Positions 17,793 through 28,533 of a DNA stretch of 43,232 nucleotides are shown here, piece after piece. The stretch's first letter is position 1. Each line of letters begins with the position of its first letter. Location: contig JAJAZM010000050.1 of the NCBI GenBank assembly GCA_026785645.1, positions 1-43,232 of the forward strand. Reading direction: 5' to 3'. The notes under the pieces were generated by a model, which was not told the origin of the DNA, made no database searches, and was given only the letters and a program-made list of their open reading frames with translations. Both the position numbers and the translations under genes were made by a program. Source of the DNA: Sphingomonas bacterium. Lineage in GTDB: Bacteria > Pseudomonadota > Alphaproteobacteria > Sphingomonadales > Sphingomonadaceae.

Positions 17793-18224
17793 ATGTCCCG
17801 CTTGCCCGTCACTGCCCTCGTCCTTGCCTCGCTCGCGCTGTCTGCGACGGCCTGCTCGCGCAATCGCGACGTTCCCAACCGGTTGGCGCCGTCCAAAATG
17901 ACCAGCATCGGGGTCAATGCCTATTTGTGGCGCGCGGCGATCGACACCTTGTCGTTCGCCCCCCTGCTCCAGGCGGATTCAAATGGTGGGGTGATCGTCA
18001 CCGACTGGTATGCCAGCCCGCAAAATCCGGGCGAGCGGATCAAGCTGACTGTCTCGATCCTCGACCAAGACCTTCGCGCCGACGCGCTTCGGGTCGCCGC
18101 CAGCCGCCAGATCAACCAGGGCGGGACCTGGGTTGATGCACCGGTCGCCGCAGCGACGGTCCAGAAACTGGAAGACATCATCCTGACCCGCGCCCGCGAC
18201 CTTCGCCGCACCAGCATCGGCTAG
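17793..18224 (+). CDS. DUF3576-family lipoprotein
   Basis: Lipobox ATAC, GVNAYLWRAAIDTLSF and GGVIVTDWY motifs. Typical neighbour of leuS. Confidence 0.85.
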   Translation: MSRLPVTALVLASLALSATACSRNRDVPNRLAPSKMTSIGVNAYLWRAAIDTLSFAPLLQADSNGGVIVTDWYASPQNPGERIKLTVSILDQDLRADALRVAASRQINQGGTWVDAPVAAATVQKLEDIILTRARDLRRTSIG

Positions 18225-18315
18225 GCCAACTCTTCCCCTGTGCAGCAGCGGCCCAGTTGCTTATGGGCGGTGTCATGGCCGATTTTCCTGATTTCCGACT
18301 GAGCCGAACGGCGCG

Positions 18316-20841
18316 ATGAACGAACGGTTCGATCCGTCGATCGCCGACGCCCGCTGGCAGGCGCGCTGGGACGAGGCGCAAAGCTTCGTCGCCGACAGCA
18401 ACAGCCCCAAGCCCAAAAGCTATGTGCTCGAGATGTTTCCCTACCCCTCGGGGCGGATCCACATGGGGCATGTCCGCAATTACACGATGGGCGACGTGCT
18501 TGCCCGATTTCGCCGGATGCAGGGCTTCGAAGTGCTCCACCCGATGGGCTGGGACGCATTCGGGATGCCGGCCGAAAATGCGGCGATGGAGAAGAAGGTC
18601 CACCCGGGGACGTGGACCCGCGCCAATATTGCGGCGATGCGCGGGCAGTTGAAACGGATCGGCTTCGCGCTCGACTGGTCCAGAGAGCTCGCCACCTGCG
18701 AGCCCGATTATTACGGGCATGAGCAGGCATTGTTCCTCGACATGCTCGACTCCGGTCTGGTCTATCGCAAGGAAAGCGAGGTCAATTGGGATCCGGTCGA
18801 CATGACCGTGCTGGCCAATGAGCAGGTGATCGACGGCAAGGGCTGGCGATCGGGCGCCGCCGTCGAGCGCAAGAAATTGTCGCAATGGTTCCTGAAGATC
18901 ACCGATTTTGCCGAGGAATTGCTCGCCGGGCTGGGGACGCTCGACGACTGGCCCGACAAGGTCCGGCTGATGCAAGAAAATTGGATCGGGAAAAGCCAGG
19001 GGCTGCAATTCTGCTTCCGCATGGCCGGTACCGCGCCGGGCAGCAATGCGTGCGATATCGAGGTGTTCACCACCCGGCCCGACACCATCTTTGGTGCCAG
19101 CTTCGTCGCCATCTCGCCGGGGCATCCGATCGCAGAAGGGCTGGCGGCGAGCGTTCCCAAGGTCCAGGACTTCATCGACCAATGCCGCACCGGCGGGACC
19201 ACGGCGGCGGAAATCGAGACTGCCGAGAAGCTCGGGCTCGATACCGGCCTGGAAGTCATCCACCCGCTCGATCCGGGCCGCAAATTGCCGGTGTGGATCG
19301 CCAATTTCGTGCTGATGGATTATGGCACCGGGGCCTTGTTCGGGGTCCCCGCGCACGACGTTCGCGATTATGAATTCGCGACCAAATACCGGCTTCCGAT
19401 TCGCCGCGTGGTGGCCGCCGACCTGTCGGGCGCAGACGAACCGCTGGTCGAGGCCGAGACGGCACAGGGAATTGCGGTCAATTCGGCCTTCCTCGACGGC
19501 CTGACCAGCGCGACGGCGAGCGCCGAGATCGTCAAGCGCGCCGAGGCCGCCGGCTGGGGCAGCGGCAAGACCCAATATCGCCTGCGCGACTGGGGCGTGT
19601 CACGGCAGCGTTACTGGGGAACCCCGATCCCGATCATCCATTGCGACACGTGCGGCCCGGTCGGGGTCCCGCGCGACCAATTGCCGGTGGTGCTGCCCGA
19701 GGATGTCAGCTTCGAACTGCCCGGCAACCCGCTCGATCGCCACGACGGATGGCGACTGGTCGATTGTCCCAAATGTCGCGGCAAGGCGCGGCGCGAAACC
19801 GACACGCTCGACACCTTCGTCGATTCGAGCTGGTATTTCATCCGCTTCGCAAGCCAGCCCGAGGACCAGCCGTTCGACCGCGCCGAGGCCGAGGCGTGGC
19901 TTCCAGTCGGGCAATATATCGGCGGGGTCGAGCATGCCATTTTGCATTTGCTCTACGCTCGCTTCTGGACCCGGGCGCTCGAACGGATCGGCAAGATCTC
20001 GATCAAGGAGCCGTTCGCGGGCCTGTTTACTCAAGGCATGGTGACCCACGAGACGTACCAGAGCGCTGACGGTCGCTGGCTGTCGCCCGAGGAGATCCGG
20101 GTCGGCGACGGCGGGACAGTGGTCGAGGGTGCGAGCGGCGCGGCGGTGACCCGCGGCCGGATCGAGAAAATGTCCAAGTCGAAGAAGAACACCATCGACC
20201 CCGAGCCGATCCTCGATCGCTACGGCGCCGATGCGGTGCGCTGGTTCATGCTCAGCGATTCGCCCCCCGAACGCGACCTCGAATGGTCGATCGGTGGGAT
20301 CGAGGGCGCGGCCCGGTTCGTCCAGCGGGTGTGGCGGCTGGCGCTGGCGCCGGCCGGCGTCCAGGGCGCGGATGGCGCGCTGCTGCGCAAGCTCCATCGT
20401 GCGATTGCTGCGGTCGGCGAGGCAATCGACGGGCTGCAGTTCAACAAGTCGGTTGCCGCGCTATATGAACTGACCAATGCGATCGAGAAAGCCAAGCCAT
20501 CGGCCACCCGCGACGAGGCGATCCGTAGCCTGCTGCTGCTGGTCGCGCCGGGCGCGCCGCATCTGGCCGAGGAAGCCTGGGCTGCACGCGACGAGAGCGG
20601 AATGATCGCCGACGCCGCCTGGCCGAGCCACGATCCTGCCTTGCTGGTCGACGACACGGTCACGCTGGCGATCCAGGTCAACGGCAAATTGCGCGACACC
20701 ATCACGGTCGTGCGCGGCCTTCCCAACGATCAGTTGGAGCTATTGGCGCTGGCGTCGGCCAAGGTGGAGGCGCAATTGAACGGCGCCCCGCCACGCAAGG
20801 TGATTGTAGTTCCCGACAGGCTGGTCAATATCGTCGCATGA
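18316..20841 (+). CDS. leuS: Leucine--tRNA ligase
   Basis: [13 protein letters not shown] (HIGH), KMSKS and editing domain FTTRPDT. Confidence 0.98.
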   Translation: MNERFDPSIADARWQARWDEAQSFVADSNSPKPKSYVLEMFPYPSGRIHMGHVRNYTMGDVLARFRRMQGFEVLHPMGWDAFGMPAENAAMEKKVHPGTWTRANIAAMRGQLKRIGFALDWSRELATCEPDYYGHEQALFLDMLDSGLVYRKESEVNWDPVDMTVLANEQVIDGKGWRSGAAVERKKLSQWFLKITDFAEELLAGLGTLDDWPDKVRLMQENWIGKSQGLQFCFRMAGTAPGSNACDIEVFTTRPDTIFGASFVAISPGHPIAEGLAASVPKVQDFIDQCRTGGTTAAEIETAEKLGLDTGLEVIHPLDPGRKLPVWIANFVLMDYGTGALFGVPAHDVRDYEFATKYRLPIRRVVAADLSGADEPLVEAETAQGIAVNSAFLDGLTSATASAEIVKRAEAAGWGSGKTQYRLRDWGVSRQRYWGTPIPIIHCDTCGPVGVPRDQLPVVLPEDVSFELPGNPLDRHDGWRLVDCPKCRGKARRETDTLDTFVDSSWYFIRFASQPEDQPFDRAEAEAWLPVGQYIGGVEHAILHLLYARFWTRALERIGKISIKEPFAGLFTQGMVTHETYQSADGRWLSPEEIRVGDGGTVVEGASGAAVTRGRIEKMSKSKKNTIDPEPILDRYGADAVRWFMLSDSPPERDLEWSIGGIEGAARFVQRVWRLALAPAGVQGADGALLRKLHRAIAAVGEAIDGLQFNKSVAALYELTNAIEKAKPSATRDEAIRSLLLLVAPGAPHLAEEAWAARDESGMIADAAWPSHDPALLVDDTVTLAIQVNGKLRDTITVVRGLPNDQLELLALASAKVEAQLNGAPPRKVIVVPDRLVNIVA

Positions 20842-21350
20842 TCCGCGCCCGCTCGCTCCTGCCCGCCCTCGCCATCGGCCTCGCCGCGCTCACCGGCTGC
20901 GGCCTGAAACCAATGTATGCCGGCGGGGCGGGCGGCGCGGTGGCAAGCTCGTTGCGCTCGGTCCAGGTCCAAACGATCCCCGGCAAGGGCGGCTGGATGG
21001 TGCGCAATGCATTGATCGCCAAGCTCGGCGGCGATGCCGGTGCGACCGCTGCCTACCGGCTCGAGGTCGAGCTTGACGATAATATCACCGGCTTCGGGAT
21101 CCGCGGCGATCGCGCCACGACGCGCGAGCGGCGGACGTTGCGCGCGCGTTATCGGCTGGTCGAGCTTGCGACCGGATCGGTGGTGCTCGACGCGACCGCC
21201 GGCTCCGATGCCGGGATCGACGTGGTGTCGTCGCAATATGCCACCATCGCCGCCGAGCAGACCGCGCTTGAGCGATTGTCCGAAATGGTCGCTGACCAGA
21301 TGGTCGGGCGGCTCGCTTTGTTCATCGCTCGCACCCCGGGGAACCCGTGA
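20838..21350 (+). CDS. lptE: LPS assembly lipoprotein LptE family
   Basis: Lipobox [10 protein letters not shown]. Position in leuS-lptE-holA. Confidence 0.85.
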   Translation: MIRARSLLPALAIGLAALTGCGLKPMYAGGAGGAVASSLRSVQVQTIPGKGGWMVRNALIAKLGGDAGATAAYRLEVELDDNITGFGIRGDRATTRERRTLRARYRLVELATGSVVLDATAGSDAGIDVVSSQYATIAAEQTALERLSEMVADQMVGRLALFIARTPGNP

Positions 21351-22366
21351 AACTGATCAAGGGAGCGATTGATCGGGCGATCGATCGACCCGATCCGGCG
21401 ACCCGTTTCTATTTGTTCTACGGGCCCGACGATGCCGGATCGCGGTTTCTGGCGACGCGCTTGCTGAAGAGTCTTGGCGCGGAGAAATTCTCGATCTTGG
21501 CGGCGACGGTGAGGACCGATCCGGCAGTCCTTGCCGACGAAGCAAGCGCGATGGCATTGTTCGGCGGGCCGCGCGCAATCTGGATCGAGCCGGCGGGCGA
21601 GGAAATCGCCGACGGCGTGGCGAGCGTACTCGACGCGGGTCCGGTCGAAAGCCCGGTAATCGCCATTGCCGGGGTGCTTCGCAAGACATCGGGGCTGCTC
21701 AAGCTGGCCGAGGCACATAGTGCCGCAGCGGCGGTGGTGTCCTACATTCCCGAAGGGCGCGATGCCGACCAGATGGTAATTGCCGCAGGGCGCGCCGAGG
21801 GGCTGCGGGTCGAGAGCGATGTCGCCGCGCGCCTGGCGGCCGACTGCGGCAACAACCAGGCGATCGTCGCGCAGGAAGTCGCCAAGTTCGCGATCTTCCT
21901 CGATGCCGCGCCCGACCGGCTGCGCGATCTCCCTCATGAGGTGGTCGATTTGCTCGGCGCCGATTCGTCGGAAGGCAATTTGATGCGGCTTGGCGATTTG
22001 GCGTTGGCTGGCGACGGGCGCGAACTGCTCGAGGAGATCGAACGCGCGGCGATCGCGCCGAACGAGGCGATCCCGGTAATTCGGGCACTCCAGCGGCGAT
22101 TGCTCCAGCTGGCCCCGCTGCGCGCCCGGGTCGAACGCGGGGAGCGGGTCGATGGCGTCTTGACGTCATTGGGCAAGGCATTGTTCTGGAGAGACAAACC
22201 TTTGCTCCAGCGGTTGCTGTCGAACTGGAACGCGGAGCGCATCGCCCAGGCCATGGAGCGCAGCGCGGCATTGGAACGGGCGGCGATCCTGTCGGACGAG
22301 CCGCCGGTCGCGGCGCTGGGCGAGGAATTGGTGACGATCGCCCGCGCGGCGGGGCGGCGACGCTAG
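21347..22366 (+). CDS. holA: DNA polymerase III delta subunit
   Basis: YLFYGPD and ALFGG motifs. Synteny and a GTGA overlap. Confidence 0.9.
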   Translation: MKLIKGAIDRAIDRPDPATRFYLFYGPDDAGSRFLATRLLKSLGAEKFSILAATVRTDPAVLADEASAMALFGGPRAIWIEPAGEEIADGVASVLDAGPVESPVIAIAGVLRKTSGLLKLAEAHSAAAAVVSYIPEGRDADQMVIAAGRAEGLRVESDVAARLAADCGNNQAIVAQEVAKFAIFLDAAPDRLRDLPHEVVDLLGADSSEGNLMRLGDLALAGDGRELLEEIERAAIAPNEAIPVIRALQRRLLQLAPLRARVERGERVDGVLTSLGKALFWRDKPLLQRLLSNWNAERIAQAMERSAALERAAILSDEPPVAALGEELVTIARAAGRRR

Positions 22367-22374
22367 GAACGCCG

Positions 22375-23262
22375 CTAGATCGGTTCGCCCGACAAGCGCT
22401 GGCAGATCATGTCGAGCTGGTCGAGGCTCGAATAGGCCAGGCTGACGGTTCCGCCGGCCCCGGCGTGGCTGACCTTGACCTTGAGCCCGAGCATATCGCC
22501 CAGCTGGCGCTCTAGCGCAGCAAGATCGGCATCGACCTGGCGGCCCTGTCGCTCGACCCCGCGGCCAATATCCCGGCCAGCGCCCGGACGAACCTTCTTC
22601 GCCAGTTCCTCCGCCTGGCGGACACTCAGCCCGCCATCGACAATCTGCTTGGCCAGACGCTCGGGCTCGTCCGCGCTTGCGATGGCCCGCGCATGCCCCA
22701 TCGTGAGATCGCCTCGCAATAGCATTTCCCTAACGGTCGCGGGTAAATCGAGCAATCTCAGGAGGTTAGTCACGTGACTGCGTGACTTACCGACCAATTT
22801 GGCTACGGCATCCTGCCCATGGCCGTGATTGGCGATGAGCGATTTGTATCCCGCGGCTTCCTCGAGCGCATTGAGGTCCTGGCGCTGGATATTCTCGATT
22901 AGCGCGATTTCGGCCATCGCCGCATCGCTGTCGTCGCGAACCAGCGCCGGGATGGCATGAATCTGCGCTCGCTGGGCCGCGCGCCACCGACGCTCGCCAG
23001 CAATGATCTCATAGCCGTCGCGCGCGCGCCGAACGAGGATCGGCTGGAACACGCCATGCTGGGCTATCGACGTTGCAAGCTCACTCAGGCTGTCCTCGTC
23101 GAAATGCTTGCGCGGCTGCAATGGATTGGCGCGGATCCGCGCGATCGCGATCGACTGCACTCCGTCGGCGCGGCTTTCAGGGGTGGCGCTTGCCGGACGC
23201 GGCGCTTCACCGAGCAGCGCACTCAACCCGCGGCCGAGCCCATGTTTCTTTGAATCGCTCAC
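22375..23262 (-). CDS. parB: Chromosome partitioning protein ParB
   Basis: GLGRGLSALL, QPRKHF, IAGERRWRA, ENIQRQDL and an HTH. GTG start overlaps the parA stop. Confidence 0.96.
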   Translation of the reverse strand: MSDSKKHGLGRGLSALLGEAPRPASATPESRADGVQSIAIARIRANPLQPRKHFDEDSLSELATSIAQHGVFQPILVRRARDGYEIIAGERRWRAAQRAQIHAIPALVRDDSDAAMAEIALIENIQRQDLNALEEAAGYKSLIANHGHGQDAVAKLVGKSRSHVTNLLRLLDLPATVREMLLRGDLTMGHARAIASADEPERLAKQIVDGGLSVRQAEELAKKVRPGAGRDIGRGVERQGRQVDADLAALERQLGDMLGLKVKVSHAGAGGTVSLAYSSLDQLDMICQRLSGEPI

Positions 23263-24050
23263 GCTGCCTCGGCCTCCGCTCGAACGCGCGACAACCGCGC
23301 CATCACTTCCCGGGCGAGCCTGATATAGGCTTCGGACCCCGGGCATCTTAGATCGTAGATCAAGGCCGGAAGCCCATGACTTGGCGCTTCGGACAGGCGC
23401 ACATTGCGCGGGATCACCGTCTCGAACACCGCTGCGCCAAGGCAGGCGCGGACATCCTCGGCAACATGCTGTGACAGATTATTGCGCCGGTCAAACATCG
23501 TCAGCGCCACACCCAGGATGGCGAGCGAAGGGTTGAACGATTGCCGCACGCGCTCAACAGTCTGGAGCAGCTGCGAAAGCCCTTCGAGCGCGAAAAACTC
23601 GCACTGCAGCGGGACCAATAATTGCTGCGCCGCGACCATCGCGTTGAGCGTCAGCAGCCCGAGTGAGGGTGGGCAATCGATCAGCACCACGTCCCAGCGT
23701 CCGGCGGGCACCTCGTCAAACGCAATCGACAGGCGGTGCGTGCGCTCCTCCATGTCGACCAGCTCGATCTCGGCACCCGACAGGTCGACCGTGGCCGGGA
23801 CAAGGTCGAGCCGCGGCACCCGCGTCGCAACCGCCGCAGCCAGCACACTCGCCCGGCCGATCAGCACCTCGTAACTTGAGGTGGTGCGCGCTTCATGCCC
23901 CACCCCAAGCCCGGTCGAGGCATTGCCCTGTGGATCGAGATCGACCAGCAGCACCTTCCAGCCGATCGCGGCGAGAGCGGTGGCGAGATTGATCGCGGTG
24001 GTGGTCTTGCCCACGCCACCTTTCTGATTGGCAACGACGATTCGGATCAT
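23259..24050 (-). CDS. parA: Chromosome partitioning ATPase ParA
   Basis: NQKGGVGKTT, DLDPQGNAS and IDCPPSLG motifs. Confidence 0.97.
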   Translation of the reverse strand: MIRIVVANQKGGVGKTTTAINLATALAAIGWKVLLVDLDPQGNASTGLGVGHEARTTSSYEVLIGRASVLAAAVATRVPRLDLVPATVDLSGAEIELVDMEERTHRLSIAFDEVPAGRWDVVLIDCPPSLGLLTLNAMVAAQQLLVPLQCEFFALEGLSQLLQTVERVRQSFNPSLAILGVALTMFDRRNNLSQHVAEDVRACLGAAVFETVIPRNVRLSEAPSHGLPALIYDLRCPGSEAYIRLAREVMARLSRVRAEAEAA

Positions 24051-24679
24051 GCCACTCCCCTGGCCGCGGATCGCCGCCTGACCCGCGACGCGATCAGGAT
24101 CAGCGCGTTAGGATCAGTGCGGCTTGGTTCGAGCCGAAACTCACCCTGCCACGTCCGTCGCGCTTCATCCAGTTCCGATTTTGCGCTTCGCCCCTTGGGT
24201 AGGACCCAGATCGTCCCTTTGTGCGACAGATGGGCCGCGATACAGAATAAGCGATCTATTGACGCTACTGCGCGCGCGGTGATTACGTCGACCGGGGGAT
24301 GGCGCACCAGTTCGACCTTCGCCCGCTCTACCTTCACGTTGTGACTGAGTTGCAATGCTTCGACTGTGCGCTGGAGAAATTCGGCGCGGAGTCGACGAGG
24401 CTCGACCAAAAGCATTGGGGCCCCCGTCAGGATCGCGATTACCATGCCCGGAAGCCCAGCTCCAGAGCCGATGTCGAGCCATGATCCGCGTCCCGGAGCG
24501 AAAGCGAGAAGTTGCGCCGCATCGGCAATATGGCGCTGCCATAGATCTGGAAGAGTCGATTGGGAAACCAGATTCTGACGAGCATTCTCGTCTACCAAGA
24601 GGCGCGCGAAATGCTCGAGCCGTTCGAATGTTTCACGTGGAACATCCAATCCGGGGAGTGCAAGTATTGCTTCTGTCAT
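24047..24679 (-). CDS. rsmG: 16S rRNA m7G527 methyltransferase RsmG (GidB)
   Basis: NLVS, RHIADA, LDIGSGAGLPG and ITARAV motifs. ATGA overlaps on both sides. Confidence 0.93.
   Translation of the reverse strand: MTEAILALPGLDVPRETFERLEHFARLLVDENARQNLVSQSTLPDLWQRHIADAAQLLAFAPGRGSWLDIGSGAGLPGMVIAILTGAPMLLVEPRRLRAEFLQRTVEALQLSHNVKVERAKVELVRHPPVDVITARAVASIDRLFCIAAHLSHKGTIWVLPKGRSAKSELDEARRTWQGEFRLEPSRTDPNALILIASRVRRRSAARGVA
24629..24644. promoter_or_regulatory. parS centromere site inside rsmG
   Basis: TGTTTCACGTGGAACA, one mismatch from the canonical TGTTTCACGTGAAACA palindrome. Confidence 0.92.
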
Positions 24680-26355
24680 GCCGCGCATCGGCTCGCTGCG
24701 ACGTGAAGCGCAGCAAGAGCAGCGGGGGTGATCCCGCAAATCCTCGACGCCTGATCAATCGTCTCTGGTCGGGCCGTCTCGAGCCGCTCGACCGCTTCGT
24801 TAGACAAGCCGGGGATCGTTCGAAAGTCGAACAGGTCGGGTATGATTATCATGGTATCGCGCTGCACTGCCGCCCATTCGCGATCCTGTCGCGCGATGTA
24901 CGGCAAGTACAGCGCGTCAGCCCTGCCCTCCTCGGTGATAGCCCAAGCTTCCGTTTCGCGAGCGGCGAAGTGCTCGATAATCTGGTTTTGGCGCTGAGCT
25001 GACACAGCGCCGCCGCCGATCGCCGTCTGTCCCAAGCGCGTGGTAGCGTTGTCGGCCCTTAGCATAAGCCGATGCTCAGCGCGCGCGGTCATCATTCGGT
25101 AGGGCTCGGTGACTCCCTGCAGCGTTAAATCATCGATCATCACCCCGACATAAGATGTCCGGCGATCGAATCGTTGGGACTCGAGATCCAGCGCGGCGGC
25201 CGCTGCGTTGAGCCCCGCGACCAGCCCTTGTGCCGCCGCTTCTTCATAGCCCGTCGTCCCGTTGATTTGACCGGCCAGGAACAGGCCGGGCAGTGTCGAA
25301 TGTTCAAGCGTTGCCCGCAGCTTGCGCGCATCGGCATACTCATACTCGACTGCATAGCCAGGCCGGACAATTCGGCAACGTTCAAGTCCGGCAATGCTGT
25401 TGACGAGCGCCTGCTGGACCTCGGTGGGGAGCGAGGTGCTGATCCCGTTGGGATAGACCAAAGCGGTCGTAAGCCCTTCTGGCTCAAGAAAGATCTGGTG
25501 ACCGTCACGCTCACCAAAGCGCTTGATCTTGTCCTCAATCGACGGGCAATAGCGCGGCCCCCGCCCCTTGATCGCGCCGGCAAACAATGGCGAGCGATCG
25601 AGATTTGCGCCGACGATGTCATGGGTGACTGAATTGGTCCGCGCGATCGCGCAGGCCAATTCGGGTGGGCTGTAAACCGGTGGGATGGCTGACATCGACC
25701 ATAGATCTCGATCGCTCGGCTGTGGCGCGAGGCGCGACCAGTCGATCGTGCGGCCGTCAAGCCGCGGCGGCGTGCCGGTCTTGAGGCGGCCCTGTGCTAC
25801 CCCGATCTCGCGCAGTTGCAGCGCCAGCGGGACAGTGGATTGTTCGTCACGCCGACCGCCTGCGATCTGCTCCATTCCACAAAATAGTTGCGCGTCAAGG
25901 AAGGTGCCGGTGGCGATGATGACGGCTCGGCTCTTGATGTGCGTTCCGTCGGATAGCTTAACGCCCGACGTGCGGCCATGTTCAGTAAGCAGTTCAGCCG
26001 CCTCGCCGACAAGTATCTCAACGCCGCTGGCGTAAACGGAAGCCCGGATCGCTCGTCGATATAGGAGGCGATCGGCTTGAATCCGCGGCCCCTGAACTGC
26101 GCTGCCCTTGCTCCGATTTAGCATTCGACGGTGGATCGCCGCCCGATCTGCCGCGCGGGCCATTAACCCGTCGAAAACATCTAGCTCGCGGACCAGATGC
26201 CCCTTGCCAACACCGCCAATCGACGGGTTGCAACTCATTTGACCAATATCATCGACGCGAAACGTGATCAGCCCAACGCGCGCGCCGCGTCGCGCGGCTG
26301 CCGTAGCCGCTTCGGCACCAGCATGCCCACCACCGATTACCAGTACGTCAAACAT
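24676..26355 (-). CDS. mnmG: tRNA uridine modification enzyme MnmG (GidA)
   Basis: GGGHAG, MSCNPSIGG, GPRYCPSIEDK and AGQINGTTGYEEAAAQG motifs. 559 aa. Confidence 0.96.
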   Translation of the reverse strand: MFDVLVIGGGHAGAEAATAAARRGARVGLITFRVDDIGQMSCNPSIGGVGKGHLVRELDVFDGLMARAADRAAIHRRMLNRSKGSAVQGPRIQADRLLYRRAIRASVYASGVEILVGEAAELLTEHGRTSGVKLSDGTHIKSRAVIIATGTFLDAQLFCGMEQIAGGRRDEQSTVPLALQLREIGVAQGRLKTGTPPRLDGRTIDWSRLAPQPSDRDLWSMSAIPPVYSPPELACAIARTNSVTHDIVGANLDRSPLFAGAIKGRGPRYCPSIEDKIKRFGERDGHQIFLEPEGLTTALVYPNGISTSLPTEVQQALVNSIAGLERCRIVRPGYAVEYEYADARKLRATLEHSTLPGLFLAGQINGTTGYEEAAAQGLVAGLNAAAAALDLESQRFDRRTSYVGVMIDDLTLQGVTEPYRMMTARAEHRLMLRADNATTRLGQTAIGGGAVSAQRQNQIIEHFAARETEAWAITEEGRADALYLPYIARQDREWAAVQRDTMIIIPDLFDFRTIPGLSNEAVERLETARPETIDQASRICGITPAALAALHVAASRCAA

Positions 26356-26390
26356 GCGGCTCCATAGCCCAAGCAGCATTACTTTGCAGA

Positions 26391-26406
26391 TGTTTCACGT
26401 GGAACA
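26391..26406. promoter_or_regulatory. parS centromere site between mnmE and mnmG
   Basis: TGTTTCACGTGGAACA, identical to 24629-24644. Directly abuts the mnmE stop codon. Confidence 0.93.
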
Positions 26407-27708
26407 TCATTTTCCGAGGCAGAAGCGGCCGAATAGTGCGTCAAGCATGTCATCGAGCCCAGCCCGACCAGTGATGCGATCGAATGCTTCGCGCGTCCGT
26501 CGCAGCGCATCGGCCAGGATCACCAAGTCATTAGCATTCGATTCACCAAGCGCTGCCGAAGCTTTCGCTATCTCAATGGCTTGTCGTTGGTTCAGCGCGA
26601 CCTCGCCTTCACTGGGGATAAGCGTCCGAGACCGAACAACTAATAATTGCGTTAGTTGGTCGAGACCAAGCCCAGTGACGGACGATACAGCAAGCGAATG
26701 GTCTGGGGGCTCTTGTCTTCCTGACAAATCGGCCCGGGGATGGACGAGGAGAAGGTGCCGATGTTGGGGTGCATCGGCGAGATCGCCCAACCACAGCAGG
26801 ATGTCAGCCCGCTCGATTTCACCGGTGGCGCGCCCAACCCCTATCCGCTCGACGGGATCGCGGCTCTCGCGAAGCCCGGCGGTATCGATCAGCACGATCG
26901 GTACACCGCCGATCGCCACGGGGATTTCAATGACGTCACGCGTGGTGCCCGGAATTTCGGTCACGATGGCCCGCTCGCTTTGGCTTAGTGCATTGATTAG
27001 GCTGGATTTCCCGACATTCGGGGGCCCTGCGGCGACGATTCGTATGCCATCTCTCAAGGCTTCGGCGCGGGGACGATCAAGCCATTCCTTCAGTTCGTCG
27101 CCAAGCATTCGCGCTTCGGCTGCCAACATCGATGAGTCGGTCGCTGTTTCATCCTCATCGTCGGCATAGTCGATCGCTGCTTCGGCCCGCGCGGACAGCC
27201 CTACGACGCGCTCGCGCCAACTCTCGATCAGTCGGCGAATCCCGCCGTCAGCGCGAAGCAGGGCCGCGACACGCTGGCTCTCGGTCTCGGCCTCGAGTAA
27301 ATCGGCAAGCCCCTCGGCCTGGGTCAGATCGATCCGTCCGTTGGTGAAGGCGCGCCGAGTGAATTCCCCCGGCTCGGCGGCGCGCATCCCCGGCAAGGCA
27401 GCGAGCACATCGAGGATTGATCGCACCACCGCACGACCACCATGGCATTGATATTCCACGATATCTTCGCCCGTAGCCGAGGCTGGTGCGTTGAAGCGGA
27501 GGAGCAGAACCTGGTCGAGTACCGCGCCACTAGTTGGGTGGTGTAGCGACCTCAGCGCCGCATGGCGCGGCGGCGGGAGCGATCCGACCAGCGCTTGTGC
27601 CGCAGCAAGCGCATTGGGGCCACTCGTCCGAATTACCGCCACCGCTGCAGGTGGATGGCCACTCGACAGCGCGAAGATAGTGTCGTCGAGGCTCGACGCC
27701 TCGTTCAC
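26407..27708 (-). CDS. mnmE: tRNA modification GTPase MnmE (TrmE)
   Basis: DTIFALSS, GPPNVGKSS, GTTRD, DTAGLR and terminal FCLGK motifs. Confidence 0.96.
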   Translation of the reverse strand: MNEASSLDDTIFALSSGHPPAAVAVIRTSGPNALAAAQALVGSLPPPRHAALRSLHHPTSGAVLDQVLLLRFNAPASATGEDIVEYQCHGGRAVVRSILDVLAALPGMRAAEPGEFTRRAFTNGRIDLTQAEGLADLLEAETESQRVAALLRADGGIRRLIESWRERVVGLSARAEAAIDYADDEDETATDSSMLAAEARMLGDELKEWLDRPRAEALRDGIRIVAAGPPNVGKSSLINALSQSERAIVTEIPGTTRDVIEIPVAIGGVPIVLIDTAGLRESRDPVERIGVGRATGEIERADILLWLGDLADAPQHRHLLLVHPRADLSGRQEPPDHSLAVSSVTGLGLDQLTQLLVVRSRTLIPSEGEVALNQRQAIEIAKASAALGESNANDLVILADALRRTREAFDRITGRAGLDDMLDALFGRFCLGK

Positions 27709-27711
27709 CGC

Positions 27712-28431
27712 CTAGGCCGCGAAACCGAGCACCGGGGCGACGTCTTTAAACCCCTCCCACATCATCTTGCCGGCGACGTAGAGAATGACCACGAGACCGA
27801 CATAGGCGATCCAGCGATAGCGTTCGATATATTTGGCGATGACATTGGCGGCGAGGCCCATCAGCGCAACCGCGACGATTAGGCCGACGATCATAATCCC
27901 CGGATGATCACGCGCTGCACCGGCAACCGCGAGGACGTTGTCGAGGCTCATGCTGACATCAGCCACCGCGACCGCCCAAGCCGCCGATGCAAAGCTCTTG
28001 GCTGGGGCGATGCCGCTATGCTCGTCGCCCTCGATCTCGGGGCTCCCGGCGCTCTCCCCACCGTGGTGGAGTTCGCGATACATCTTCCAGGCGACCCACA
28101 GCAGAAGCACGCCGCCGGCAAGGATCAACCCGACGACTTGGAGCAACTGGGTGACAATCAAAGCGAAGAAAATGCGCAGCACCAGCGCCGCGATCACCCC
28201 GATAAGGATCACCTTCTTGCGTTGATCTGCGGGGAGCCCGGCAGCGAGCGCCCCGACCACGATGGCATTGTCGCCGGCAAGCACCAGATCGATCATCAGC
28301 ACCTGGAGGAAGGCGGAGAAAGCGGCCGGCTCGGTGATGTTCGAGAAATCGTTGACGATCGCGGCCCACATGTCGGCGGGACCGCCTAGGCCTGTGGCTG
28401 GAGCAGCAGCAAGTAGCAATTCGAACATCAT
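27712..28431 (-). CDS. TerC-family (YjbE-like) membrane protein
   Basis: IDLVLAGDNAIVV and DVSMSLDNVLAV motifs, multiple TM helices. Confidence 0.9.
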   Translation of the reverse strand: MMFELLLAAAPATGLGGPADMWAAIVNDFSNITEPAAFSAFLQVLMIDLVLAGDNAIVVGALAAGLPADQRKKVILIGVIAALVLRIFFALIVTQLLQVVGLILAGGVLLLWVAWKMYRELHHGGESAGSPEIEGDEHSGIAPAKSFASAAWAVAVADVSMSLDNVLAVAGAARDHPGIMIVGLIVAVALMGLAANVIAKYIERYRWIAYVGLVVILYVAGKMMWEGFKDVAPVLGFAA

Positions 28432-28533
28432 CCAACCCTGTCATTGATCGTCAAGGCGACCAATGCATGGTGCCATACTTGTATCCGCCGCCAAACCGAC
28501 CCGCGTGGTTCGCGTGCCGGATTTGCAGCTCCG

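Noticed and set aside
28432-28533. yybP-ykoY Mn riboswitch upstream of the TerC-family gene
   Set aside because: The GGGGAGUA and CAAUAC-type conserved elements are not present in this short spacer.
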